Assembly: GCA_963666285.1 (NCBI GenBank)
Contig: OY762711.1
Source of the DNA: Sedimentisphaerales bacterium
Lineage (GTDB): Bacteria; Planctomycetota; Phycisphaerae; Sedimentisphaerales; SM23-30
Direction: 5' to 3' (one strand)
DNA: 64,000 bases
Every line of letters starts with the position of its first letter. The first letter of the stretch is position 1. A program made the position numbers and the translations under genes. This document shows positions 19,921 to 31,958 of the stretch, piece after piece. The notes under the pieces were generated by a model that did not search any database, was not told where the DNA came from, and saw only the letters and a program-made list of their open reading frames with translations.

Positions 19921-21725
19921 TATTGTTTATTTTGAATAATATATTGCGGGTCGAACAGAGTATCGTCAATCTCTGGATTTTCGATTATGGTTATGAACTT
20001 GTCCGGTTTGAGATCATAGTTATAATCACAGTCGTAAATCATATCGTTAAATTGTTTTTCGGCTATTATAGTTGCATACCATTGGCCAGTGCTGGTATTT
20101 TTATATTTTTTCATTTCAGTAATGATAAAATATTGATCACTGTAACCATTATTATCCGTAACATCTTTAAGCCAGTCTTTATCCTGCTGCCATTGTCCAT
20201 CTTTTTTGTATTCTAGTACTTTTCGATGGCAAATATAATCTTTTGATGGATCAAGGTAGTATTTACTTCGTAATGGATGGTATATTATTTTTCCTTTGTA
20301 GCTATTTCCATTTTCAAGGCTTTGTATGCAAATGAAGTTATTATTAAGGCTATAACTATCTTCTATAACAGACAATTTTATTCTATGATCGCTGTCTTCT
20401 AATATTTGGTCTGGCCAGTATTGCATAACAATGTCAATCCATGGTTCGTGTTTATAGCCCGGTAGTTTAGAAAGTTCTTTTTTATGACTTAATATCCAGT
20501 TATTGTTTGTAAGGTCTTGTAAGTTTGATTTATTTTCCAGTTCGTAACTATATACTTCATCGAATATTTCTATGTTATCAGTGTAATATCTAAATTTACC
20601 GATTTCTTTAGCTGTTTTGACAATATAATTGTAATCATACAGTGTGTTTTCTCTAAAAAGAATGTCGTCAATATTTTCAGGAGTCGGTTCTGGTGTATAA
20701 ATATCATCTATACGAACTTTTTTACCGGAATGGTAGATCATGTAATATCTATATGTCTTTTCTTTTATTATTGTTACTCTTTTATCTGGGAATGCATCTC
20801 TGGCATTACGATATTTATCTAGTTTTTCCAGTAGCTGATCGTTAGTGTTATCTATAATATTTGCATCAATGGGAACTCCGAGGTTGTATATGTCATTTGG
20901 CCCGTTTGAGGGATAGTCAAATGCTATTGTGATATCGGTTACTGAGTCTGAGTTGTCTGCATATATTGCCAGTTCGCTAAGAAGATTTATGGTTTGATTT
21001 ATCTTAATTTTTATAATAGCTTTTTTGCATATTGTTGCTGCGTTTTCTTTGCGGATGGCAGTATGTGTTATTTCGACAAATTTCTGCCCGTTAATTGTTG
21101 ATTCAGTGTTTTTAGTTTCTATGTCGAAATTAATAGGTTCCAGCATTGCAACAATCATTTCTACAAAAGTCTCGGTAAATTCTGCTGGATTTCCCGGCAT
21201 TGCTGCAAAGGCGTTACTGGTAGAGATATAATTGCTAACTGTTATAGTATTGCTGTCAGGAGCGTATTGGTATTTGATGTGATCTTTTTTGAATGAGACG
21301 CTATTGTCATATTTTGTTTCTGATTCAATATTTAGTGGCTTGGAATACCAGAATTCTTTATTTTCGTTTATGTCTGGTGATGAAGTGCGGCAGTGAATCC
21401 ACATGGCATTAGACATGTTGTCAATGGATTTCATTACATCGGCCCAGGCAATCGTCGCGCCATCGGGTGATGCTCCATTATAGCTGAAAGTCAGTATAAG
21501 TGCGATTAGTATTACCGCCGCGGCAGCGAGTTTGAAAAGGTTATTCTTCATGATAAATCTCCATTTGGCCGCAGGGATGCTGCGGTTTTTGGTTTTCGAT
21601 TGAAACCGGCAAACAGAATCCGGGTGGGCCTGCTGCCATTTGTCAAAATCGAACTTCAGCTCGTTACGGCCGAATGTACTGGAGATGAGTTCGTCAAAAT
21701 TGTCATGTCTATCGGAAGGATTCAT
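19920..21725 (-). CDS. Putative anti-sigma factor 5
   Basis: ATGA overlap; KLAAAAVILIAL...GASPDGATIAWADV; AT-rich divergent C-terminal region ('FDYPSNGP.DIY.LGVP'). Confidence 0.72.
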   Translation of the reverse strand: MNPSDRHDNFDELISSTFGRNELKFDFDKWQQAHPDSVCRFQSKTKNRSIPAAKWRFIMKNNLFKLAAAAVILIALILTFSYNGASPDGATIAWADVMKSIDNMSNAMWIHCRTSSPDINENKEFWYSKPLNIESETKYDNSVSFKKDHIKYQYAPDSNTITVSNYISTSNAFAAMPGNPAEFTETFVEMIVAMLEPINFDIETKNTESTINGQKFVEITHTAIRKENAATICKKAIIKIKINQTINLLSELAIYADNSDSVTDITIAFDYPSNGPNDIYNLGVPIDANIIDNTNDQLLEKLDKYRNARDAFPDKRVTIIKEKTYRYYMIYHSGKKVRIDDIYTPEPTPENIDDILFRENTLYDYNYIVKTAKEIGKFRYYTDNIEIFDEVYSYELENKSNLQDLTNNNWILSHKKELSKLPGYKHEPWIDIVMQYWPDQILEDSDHRIKLSVIEDSYSLNNNFICIQSLENGNSYKGKIIYHPLRSKYYLDPSKDYICHRKVLEYKKDGQWQQDKDWLKDVTDNNGYSDQYFIITEMKKYKNTSTGQWYATIIAEKQFNDMIYDCDYNYDLKPDKFITIIENPEIDDTLFDPQYIIQNKQ

Positions 21726-22258
21726 TTTTCACCCTCCTTATCTATGGTTTTCTTCAGTGTGTTTTCGAGTTTCTTTCGAATTCTGCATAATTTTGCATTT
21801 ACAGCAGCCGGTGTCATTCCGGCGATTTCAGCGATCTGGTCGTGAGATAGATTCGCAAAGTATCTGAGCATAACCAGTTCGCGAGATTTCTCCGGCAGTT
21901 TCAATATTGCCTTGTGCAGATCGTCATGCAGGGCAGTATCTTTGCTTTCTGGTGCTGCTAACTGCCCGGCATCTTCGATTGCTGCTGTTCGTTTTTGCTG
22001 CCGGGCTATGTTTATCGCGGTATTGCGGCATATAGTCTTGAGCCAGCCGGTGAATTTCTCCGGTTTTCGCAGGTCGGGCAGCTTCTCCAGGGCACGGGCG
22101 TACGCTTCCTGCACGGTATCTTCTGCCAGATGCCGGTCATGCAAGATGCAGTAAGCAATTGCCGCCATTGCCGGGTAATAACGCTCACACAGCATGCCGA
22201 AGCTTGCCAGATCACCTTTTATCGCCGATTCTACTTGTTTTACCTGTTCGAGCTCTAT
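21722..22258 (-). CDS. ECF sigma factor 5 (probable non-canonical ATA start at 22258)
   Basis: AEDTVQEAY, F.GWL..ICRN and LP...RELV.LRY motifs; frame stays open 21 codons upstream of the track ATG (..AIKGDLASFG..), with GGAG 7 nt before ATA. Confidence 0.85.
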   Translation of the reverse strand: MELEQVKQVESAIKGDLASFGMLCERYYPAMAAIAYCILHDRHLAEDTVQEAYARALEKLPDLRKPEKFTGWLKTICRNTAINIARQQKRTAAIEDAGQLAAPESKDTALHDDLHKAILKLPEKSRELVMLRYFANLSHDQIAEIAGMTPAAVNAKLCRIRKKLENTLKKTIDKEGEK

Positions 22259-22491
22259 TCGATTGCTCCGTTTGTCAATATTATTGTTTCTACCATATAG
22301 ACAAGTGATGCTGTAAATATGATCGCAAAAAATATATATAAATCACGAAAAAGCAATTTTAGTTATAAGTGTCTTAGTTTCAAGTATTAATAGTAGAAGG
22401 TTTCATGTGTATTTGACATATTGGTTTAAATGTACTTAGAATAACTAATGTAGTCTGTATTTGCATACTATTATTTGAAAGTGGGGCTATT

Positions 22492-23562
22492 ATGAAGTGT
22501 GTTTGTAGATTATTTGTCGGTCTTATACTGGTATTTGGGAACCTGGATGCAGGTCAGGTCTTTTTGAATGACGGTGATCACCACTTGGTTGATGATGATC
22601 GGTATGATGGTGATGATGTATTTCTGGATGACGGTGTTTCTGTATATCCAGGTACTCATCTTGAACTGGAATCTCCAGGTGTAATAGGCGGGTTTGTTGT
22701 TGGTTATAATAACAGCAGGATAACTATTACAAGTGGCGGGCTAAGCGGAGTTTCAGCAAAAGGAAATTGTAAGGCGGTTATTAATGATGGGATAGTTGCA
22801 TTGGCAGCTCACGTTGATGATTCTGCAGAATTAAGGATTAACGGTGGAACAATTGGTGGAATGAGTGGAGAAGGTGTTGAAGCCTGGAATAATGGCTATG
22901 CCGACATTCATGGTGGATCACTTCATGGTCTGTTGCGAACATGGGGTGATGGATTTATCGAACTGCATGGAGCTTTTAGTGTTGATGGAAATGTTCTTTC
23001 GAATTACGAAAGTTTACGAAATTACGGTACATTAGTGGCAACTGCTGATGGGGAGTGGCAAACCGGCATTGTTACCGGCAGGCTTGCAGATGGTACGATA
23101 ATTGAAAGCGAATACTTTATAATGGTGTTCAATTATTGGGGGCCAACGTCAAATGGTGATATTGTTGTATATATAGAGCCGCTAATAAGCAGTGTTGTTC
23201 CCGATGGAGGAGAGGTATTTGTTGCCGGAGATCAGGCTGAGATCAAGTGGTACTGTAAGGCTGGAATTGAGACGGTCAAATTGGAATATTCTGCAGACTT
23301 TGGCCAAACGTGGTTTGATATTGCATCAGTTCCAGCGTCAGATATGTCATATTTCTGGACAATTCCTCAAATTAACTCTCAATTTTGTCTCATAAGAATA
23401 TCTGATTTTGAAGTTCCATTTATAAGCTCAGTAAGTGGCGATTCTTTTACAATATATATATGTCCGCTGGATTCTGATTTGACAGGTGATTGTAAGGTAA
23501 ATATGCAGGATCTGGCAGTATTTGTTAGTGAATGGCTAATTGATGCCAATCCGTTTCAATAG
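22492..23562 (+). CDS. Secreted protein with Gly-rich beta-helix-like repeats, Ig-like segment and C-terminal dockerin-like tag
   Basis: Signal peptide; I.GG.I repeats; PDGGEVF..G; C-terminal DLTGDCKVNMQDL.....EWL. Confidence 0.7.
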   Translation: MKCVCRLFVGLILVFGNLDAGQVFLNDGDHHLVDDDRYDGDDVFLDDGVSVYPGTHLELESPGVIGGFVVGYNNSRITITSGGLSGVSAKGNCKAVINDGIVALAAHVDDSAELRINGGTIGGMSGEGVEAWNNGYADIHGGSLHGLLRTWGDGFIELHGAFSVDGNVLSNYESLRNYGTLVATADGEWQTGIVTGRLADGTIIESEYFIMVFNYWGPTSNGDIVVYIEPLISSVVPDGGEVFVAGDQAEIKWYCKAGIETVKLEYSADFGQTWFDIASVPASDMSYFWTIPQINSQFCLIRISDFEVPFISSVSGDSFTIYICPLDSDLTGDCKVNMQDLAVFVSEWLIDANPFQ

Positions 23563-23576
23563 CGGATTTTGCACAT

Positions 23577-23610
23577 AAAAAAAGCCCGGCAGAGTTACCT
23601 ACCGGGCTTT
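23577..23610. terminator. Terminator between convergent genes
   Basis: AAAGCCCGG/CCGGGCTTT stem. Confidence 0.65.
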
Positions 23611-23633
23611 GAGATTATGTTATATGATGGCTG

Positions 23634-26864
<3,231 letters not shown>

Positions 26865-27164
26865 TCATTTTGCATTTCAACGATAATTCTTGATATCCAG
26901 CAGTGGTAGTACCACCACTGCTGTTTGAACTCTATATTATTGTCAAGATAGCGATAGTTTCAAGTGGAAAAGCGGTTTGAATGGATTATGGATGTATTAT
27001 TTTGATTTTACCAGGTACAATTATTATTATGAAGAGCAGTGCATAAAATTGTCCATTTTTTTATAGACATTCATATGGTTTGAGTTATTATTAATCTTTT
27101 AATAATATATGTTTATGACTTTGTAAGTGTAAAAAGGCACTTTTGTAGAAAGATTGTTAGAAAT

Positions 27165-27725
27165 ATGGCAAAATATATTATCTCAATAACGGCAGCAGAC
27201 CGATCAGGTATAATTGCAGGTGTCAGTACCGCATTAGTACAGATGCAGGGTAGTATTACCGCAGCCAGTCAGACAGTGCATCAGGGATATTTTGCGATGA
27301 TTATCCTCTGTGAAATAGAAGGTGATTTTGGCAAAGATATTATTTCTGACAAGATTATGAAGCAATTTAACTTCGAGGTTCATGTTTATGTGACCGAATA
27401 TGCACCGGTTAAATCTGCCCAGAAAAATTCTGCTGATAATTATATTGTTACAGTTCTTGGCCCTGATAAGCCGGGCATTTTGAATAAAGTAGCTACTCTT
27501 ATGGCAGAACGAAAGATTAATGTAGAGGATTTATACTGCTACACTAACGAGAATAAAGAATTTGTAGTTATTTTCCAGGTTTCTATTCCAGATCCAAGGA
27601 CATTTGGCGTGGTTCAGGAACAGTTAAATGACATGAAACGTCAGATAAATGTGAATATTAACATCCAGCATGAAGATATCTTTATTGCAACAAGCGAAGT
27701 CAGCTTAAGAAAACAGTTTAGTTAG
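27165..27725 (+). CDS. Tandem ACT-domain protein (GcvR-like)
   Basis: Two ACT starts (ADRSGIIA; GPDKPGIL) and C-terminal QHEDIF typical of ACT partners of DUF711. Confidence 0.8.
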   Translation: MAKYIISITAADRSGIIAGVSTALVQMQGSITAASQTVHQGYFAMIILCEIEGDFGKDIISDKIMKQFNFEVHVYVTEYAPVKSAQKNSADNYIVTVLGPDKPGILNKVATLMAERKINVEDLYCYTNENKEFVVIFQVSIPDPRTFGVVQEQLNDMKRQINVNINIQHEDIFIATSEVSLRKQFS

Positions 27726-27749
27726 CAATATAAAAGAAGAGGATTAATA

Positions 27750-29120
27750 ATGTTACGAACAGAAGATATACTGTCAACTATCCGGATGCTTCAGAGCGAA
27801 AACCTTGATGTCCGTGCTGTAACTATGGGTATAGACTTGAATGACTGCTGCGGTCCGGATATCGATCAGGTTTGTGATAAAGTCAAAGCCAAGATAGCGT
27901 CACGCGGACGATCGCTGGTTAAGGTGTGTAACGAAGTTGGTTCAAAATACCAGATTCCTATAGTAAATAAACGACTGGCGATTTCCCCGGTAAGTATATT
28001 GCTGGAAGGTCATGACAATTCAGCACCATTGAAAATTGCCAGGGCCCTGGATGAAGTGGTAGAGCAAATAGGTGTTGATCTTGTTGGCGGGTTCAGTGCC
28101 CTGGTAGAACGCGGTAAGACGCCGGGCCAGAATTTACTGATTAAGTCGCTTCCCCAGGTATTGAGTGAGACCAAAAGGGTATGTTCTTCTATAAATGTTG
28201 CAACAAGTAAAGCCGGCATAAATATGGATGTTGTTGCAGAGCTTGGTCATGTGATTAAAGATATTGCCGCTTCCAGTGCAGACCAGAGAGGTTTCGGTTG
28301 TGCCAAGCTGGTGGTATTTGCCAATATACCTTCTGATAACCCGTTTATGGCTGGTGCATATCTTGGCAGCGGCCAGGGCGATTGTGTGTTAAATATAGGC
28401 GTAAGCGGTCCCGGGGTAGTTAAGTCTGCATTAGAGCGGGCCAAGGCTGACCCGAATATTACACTAGATAAGCTGGCAGAGCAAATTAAGCTGACAGCTT
28501 TCAGAGTGACACGTGTTGGTGAGCTTATAGGCCGTGAGGTTGCCGATATTCTAGGTGTGCGTTTTGGAATTGTGGATCTGTCCCTGGCACCGACACCACA
28601 GGTGGGTGATAGTATCGGCGAAATTTTCAATGTACTAGGCATAAAGTCTGTTGGTGCCCCCGGCAGTACAGCGGCATTGGCGATGCTTAATGATGCAGTT
28701 AAGAAGGGCGGTTTATTTGCCAGCAGTTCCGTCGGTGGGCTAAGCGGTGCGTTTATACCAGTGCTTGAAGATTCAAACCTGGCCCAGGCTGCTCGAGACG
28801 GAAGCCTTTCGCTGGCGAAACTTGAAGCAATGACTTGTGTTTGTTCGGTTGGCCTGGATATGGTTGTGCTGCCGGGCGATATTGCCCCGGAAACGATTAG
28901 TGCTATTATTGCTGACGAGATGGCAATTGGGATGATTAATAATAAGACGACCGCTGCCAGGCTGATTCCTGTTCCGGGCATGAAAGCAGGTGAAGAGGTA
29001 GAGTTTGGCGGGTTGTTTGGAGCCGGTCCAGCTATCGAAGTGCCCGGTGACGGCATGGCCAAGGAATTTATCCGTTCAGGAGGTTACATACCTGCGCCGG
29101 TGCATAGCCTGAGGAACTAG
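27750..29120 (+). CDS. PFL-like / UPF0210 (DUF711) family protein
   Basis: LDVRAVTMGI, IVNKRLAISP, DNPFMAG, VDLSLAPT and EAMTCVCSVGLDM motifs. Confidence 0.92.
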   Translation: MLRTEDILSTIRMLQSENLDVRAVTMGIDLNDCCGPDIDQVCDKVKAKIASRGRSLVKVCNEVGSKYQIPIVNKRLAISPVSILLEGHDNSAPLKIARALDEVVEQIGVDLVGGFSALVERGKTPGQNLLIKSLPQVLSETKRVCSSINVATSKAGINMDVVAELGHVIKDIAASSADQRGFGCAKLVVFANIPSDNPFMAGAYLGSGQGDCVLNIGVSGPGVVKSALERAKADPNITLDKLAEQIKLTAFRVTRVGELIGREVADILGVRFGIVDLSLAPTPQVGDSIGEIFNVLGIKSVGAPGSTAALAMLNDAVKKGGLFASSSVGGLSGAFIPVLEDSNLAQAARDGSLSLAKLEAMTCVCSVGLDMVVLPGDIAPETISAIIADEMAIGMINNKTTAARLIPVPGMKAGEEVEFGGLFGAGPAIEVPGDGMAKEFIRSGGYIPAPVHSLRN

Positions 29121-29316
29121 AGCATTTTAATCTGATGCAAATATTGGAATGATTTATTTAACTAATTAAGTGGCAGTATTTTAACGTTCTGTGAGATGCA
29201 ATCGTTTTGCTGACATTATTTTATTTTTTGTCTAATATCATGTTTTTGTTATAATTATAAAGATAGTTTGTAATTATTAACAAATAAAGATTCAAACATT
29301 TAATGTGAGGTGAAAG

Positions 29317-29934
29317 ATGAAGAAGTTAATTGTGGTTTTAATTGTTATGGCTTTTGCAGCAACTTTTGCAGTAGCCGGAGTTCAGTTTACAGAGGTAATG
29401 CCGGCAAGTTCCCATGCCTCAGATGTTACAAACGATAATGGTGACTGGTTTGAAATCACCAATACCGGTGCTTTTGATGTTTCTCTTGACGGCTGGTCGT
29501 GGGTTGATGATAAATCCAGCCATGAAAAGCTTGTTTTTCCAGATGTTACATTGTCTGCGGGGCAGAGTTTGATTTGTCTGGAAGAAAATGACAGTGCAGA
29601 CTGGTTAAGTACCTGGGGTTTATCTTCCAGTAATATTATAGTGGTTACCGAGGCAGATTTTACAGCTTTTCATGGTTTGGGTGCAGGTGGTGATAGTTTG
29701 AACCTGTATGACAGTGATGACAACCTGGTAGATTCTTTTACCTGGACATCTTCGAATGAAGGAATTTCTTTTGATATCCTTAATGGCGGTGAAAGTCAGG
29801 TTGGAGTAAATGGAGCCTGGGCTTCTAATGATGTTGACGGTGCCAGCGATGTGGCATCTCCGGGGGTAGTACCTGAACCAACGACATTTGCATTACTTAC
29901 AGTTGGTGTGTTTGCTTTTACCCGGCGAAAATAA
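29317..29934 (+). CDS. PEP-CTERM protein with lamin-tail-like domain
   Basis: FTEVM...DWFEITN.G; C-terminal VPEPTT-TM-RRK. Confidence 0.85.
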   Translation: MKKLIVVLIVMAFAATFAVAGVQFTEVMPASSHASDVTNDNGDWFEITNTGAFDVSLDGWSWVDDKSSHEKLVFPDVTLSAGQSLICLEENDSADWLSTWGLSSSNIIVVTEADFTAFHGLGAGGDSLNLYDSDDNLVDSFTWTSSNEGISFDILNGGESQVGVNGAWASNDVDGASDVASPGVVPEPTTFALLTVGVFAFTRRK

Positions 29935-29970
29935 TCATCCTATCTGAATATCATATAAAGAATAACAATA

Positions 29971-30010
29971 AAGCATGGCGTTTAATATGGCGTCATGCTT
30001 TTTTATTTTT
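29971..30010 (+). terminator. Intrinsic terminator
   Basis: AAGCATGGCG/CGTCATGCTT stem plus T-run. Confidence 0.7.
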
Positions 30011-30110
30011 TTGTTGCATTTTTTGGTGTTTCTATTGATAATTACAGTCAGTGTCATTGCACCCGAATTCAGGCTGGTGTACGTTTAACATTTTATTAGG
30101 AGAGTTTGTC

Positions 30111-30998
30111 ATGAAAAAAATGATGGTGGTATTATCAAGTTTTCTTATTTTGGCTCTTGTTTTTGGCAATGCAGCAAAGGCAGAGACAAATATTCTGGAA
30201 GCGGCAGCTCCCAATGGCTGGGTTTTCCAATATTTCTACATTAATCAGAGTGCCAGTAGTTTTGCCGCAGACGAAATGGCGTTGGATGATATGGATCTTG
30301 ATGTAAATATGAACTTATTTCGATTAGCTTATTGGGATACAGATTATGTTATTCATACAATTGTGCCATATGGTTTTGTAGATCAGACCGTAACAGCCGG
30401 TGGAGCAGATATTGTTGATGGTGATACCGATGGACTGGGTGATATGTTTATTGGTGGTGCCAAAAGATGGAATCTCGATCCGGAAAGCTGCTGGCTGTTA
30501 GGTGGTATGGATTTCAGACTGCCAACAGGTCGTTATGACAGTAAAAATGACTCCAGCTGCACAGATTTTACTCCTTTTGGCAATCCCAATGTTGGTAGTG
30601 GTTCAACTTCATTCCAACCGTTTGTCATTCTTTCAAAGCTGTATAATGAAGGTATGTGGGGTCATGATACTGAAATTCGTTATTGTTTTAATACCGATAT
30701 GGGGCCTACTCCATATGATCCTGATGACAAGCTGGAGATCTGGCAGACTTTGCATATGGGGCTAAATCCTAATTTGCGTGCCGGTATTGCCTTTAAGGGC
30801 GAATTTGAAAATGCGGACGACGATGGCAGTAGAGATGCAGATGATATAAGTTCCAGATATATGGGTCTTGGACCTGAAATTATGTGGAATAATGGTAAAG
30901 GTGTTGTAGTTTGGGCTAAGCTTCTGTTTGATATTGACGCAGAAGACCATCCTGAAGATATGACAGCATTTACCTTGCGTGTATCGCTTCCATTCTAA
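30111..30998 (+). CDS. Outer-membrane beta-barrel transporter (SphA/'MetA-pathway of phenol degradation'-like)
   Basis: Signal peptide; GLGD, LPTGRYD and GPE motifs; C-terminal Phe; AGGAG SD before ATG 30111. Confidence 0.7.
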   Translation: MKKMMVVLSSFLILALVFGNAAKAETNILEAAAPNGWVFQYFYINQSASSFAADEMALDDMDLDVNMNLFRLAYWDTDYVIHTIVPYGFVDQTVTAGGADIVDGDTDGLGDMFIGGAKRWNLDPESCWLLGGMDFRLPTGRYDSKNDSSCTDFTPFGNPNVGSGSTSFQPFVILSKLYNEGMWGHDTEIRYCFNTDMGPTPYDPDDKLEIWQTLHMGLNPNLRAGIAFKGEFENADDDGSRDADDISSRYMGLGPEIMWNNGKGVVVWAKLLFDIDAEDHPEDMTAFTLRVSLPF

Positions 30999-31026
30999 TC
31001 ATAAAAGAATATTTTACAGGTAATTA

Positions 31027-31061
31027 GGGCTTGGGTAATTCATTTTACCCAGGCTTTTTTT
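31027..31061 (+). terminator. Intrinsic terminator
   Basis: GCTTGGGTAA/TTACCCAGGC stem plus T-run. Confidence 0.65.
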
Positions 31062-31403
31062 ATTTTAAATTTTCCATAAACAACGGAGGGCAGTATATCA
31101 TAAATGAATATTTGCGACAATAATCTATTTTGTCTGGGTATGTATAAAGTTATGCAAATAATTTAAACTTTCCTGCGTTTTTGGTGATATACCTTATTGT
31201 TTTACGTGATTATCCATATATGAATATAGTTTGGAGGGCAATAGAGTGGTCCAATCAGGAAACAATTCAGTTTTAATGGTGTGAAAGTTGGCTAAAAATA
31301 AGAAAAATTAAATTATTTTAATTTTGTTGGTCAGGATATAGATATTTCCGCTTTATAATATTGTACTTCGCATAATATATACCTGATATGTGAATTTCCT
31401 TGT

Positions 31404-31958
31404 ATGAAAAATTATTCTAAAAAAGATAGCAATTGTGGAAATAGAGAAACTTTTGTAAGTTTATACACTAGAGAATATTTAAAGATTCATAACTTTATTT
31501 TCACATTAATCCCCAATCATGCTGATGCTGAAGATGTCCTGCAGGCTGCGGCATCATATATGTGGGAAAATTTCCATGACTTCGATATAAATAGTAATTT
31601 TCTGGCTTGGGCAATTACAATGGCCAAGTATCAGGTTATGGCTTTCAGGAAAAAGCAATCACGTTCCAGGGTAATATTTTTCGATGAGACAATTGAATTA
31701 ATAGCCGAGCAAAACCAGAAAATACATAATGAAATTGACTTGAAAAATGATGCGCTGCGGGTATGTTTGAGCAAGCTTCCAGCTAAAGAAATGACCTTAA
31801 TTAATTTGCGTTTCAGAGAAGGCAGGAAAATATCTGAGATAGCAGATTTAATAAATTTGTCACTTGATGCCACTTATAAGCGTTTTTCTCGCATCAAAGG
31901 TATGCTGCTGAAATGTGTTGAAAGCACAACCTCCATTATATTGAAGGAGGAACTATGA
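31404..31958 (+). CDS. ECF sigma factor (Planctomycete/Verrucomicrobia type)
   Basis: DAEDVLQ...MWE.F..F...NFLAWA..A.YQV; ALR.CL.KL; ATGA-coupled to a FecR-type gene. Confidence 0.9.
   Translation: MKNYSKKDSNCGNRETFVSLYTREYLKIHNFIFTLIPNHADAEDVLQAAASYMWENFHDFDINSNFLAWAITMAKYQVMAFRKKQSRSRVIFFDETIELIAEQNQKIHNEIDLKNDALRVCLSKLPAKEMTLINLRFREGRKISEIADLINLSLDATYKRFSRIKGMLLKCVESTTSIILKEEL

Noticed and set aside
13197..21725. DGR-style diversification of the anti-sigma genes
   Set aside because: Differences in the shared segment are mostly synonymous and not adenine-specific; no template repeat found
28247..29062. Long antisense ORFs (also 23880-24461, 56333-57205, 61136-61894 and similar)
   Set aside because: Shadows of well-supported genes on the opposite strand
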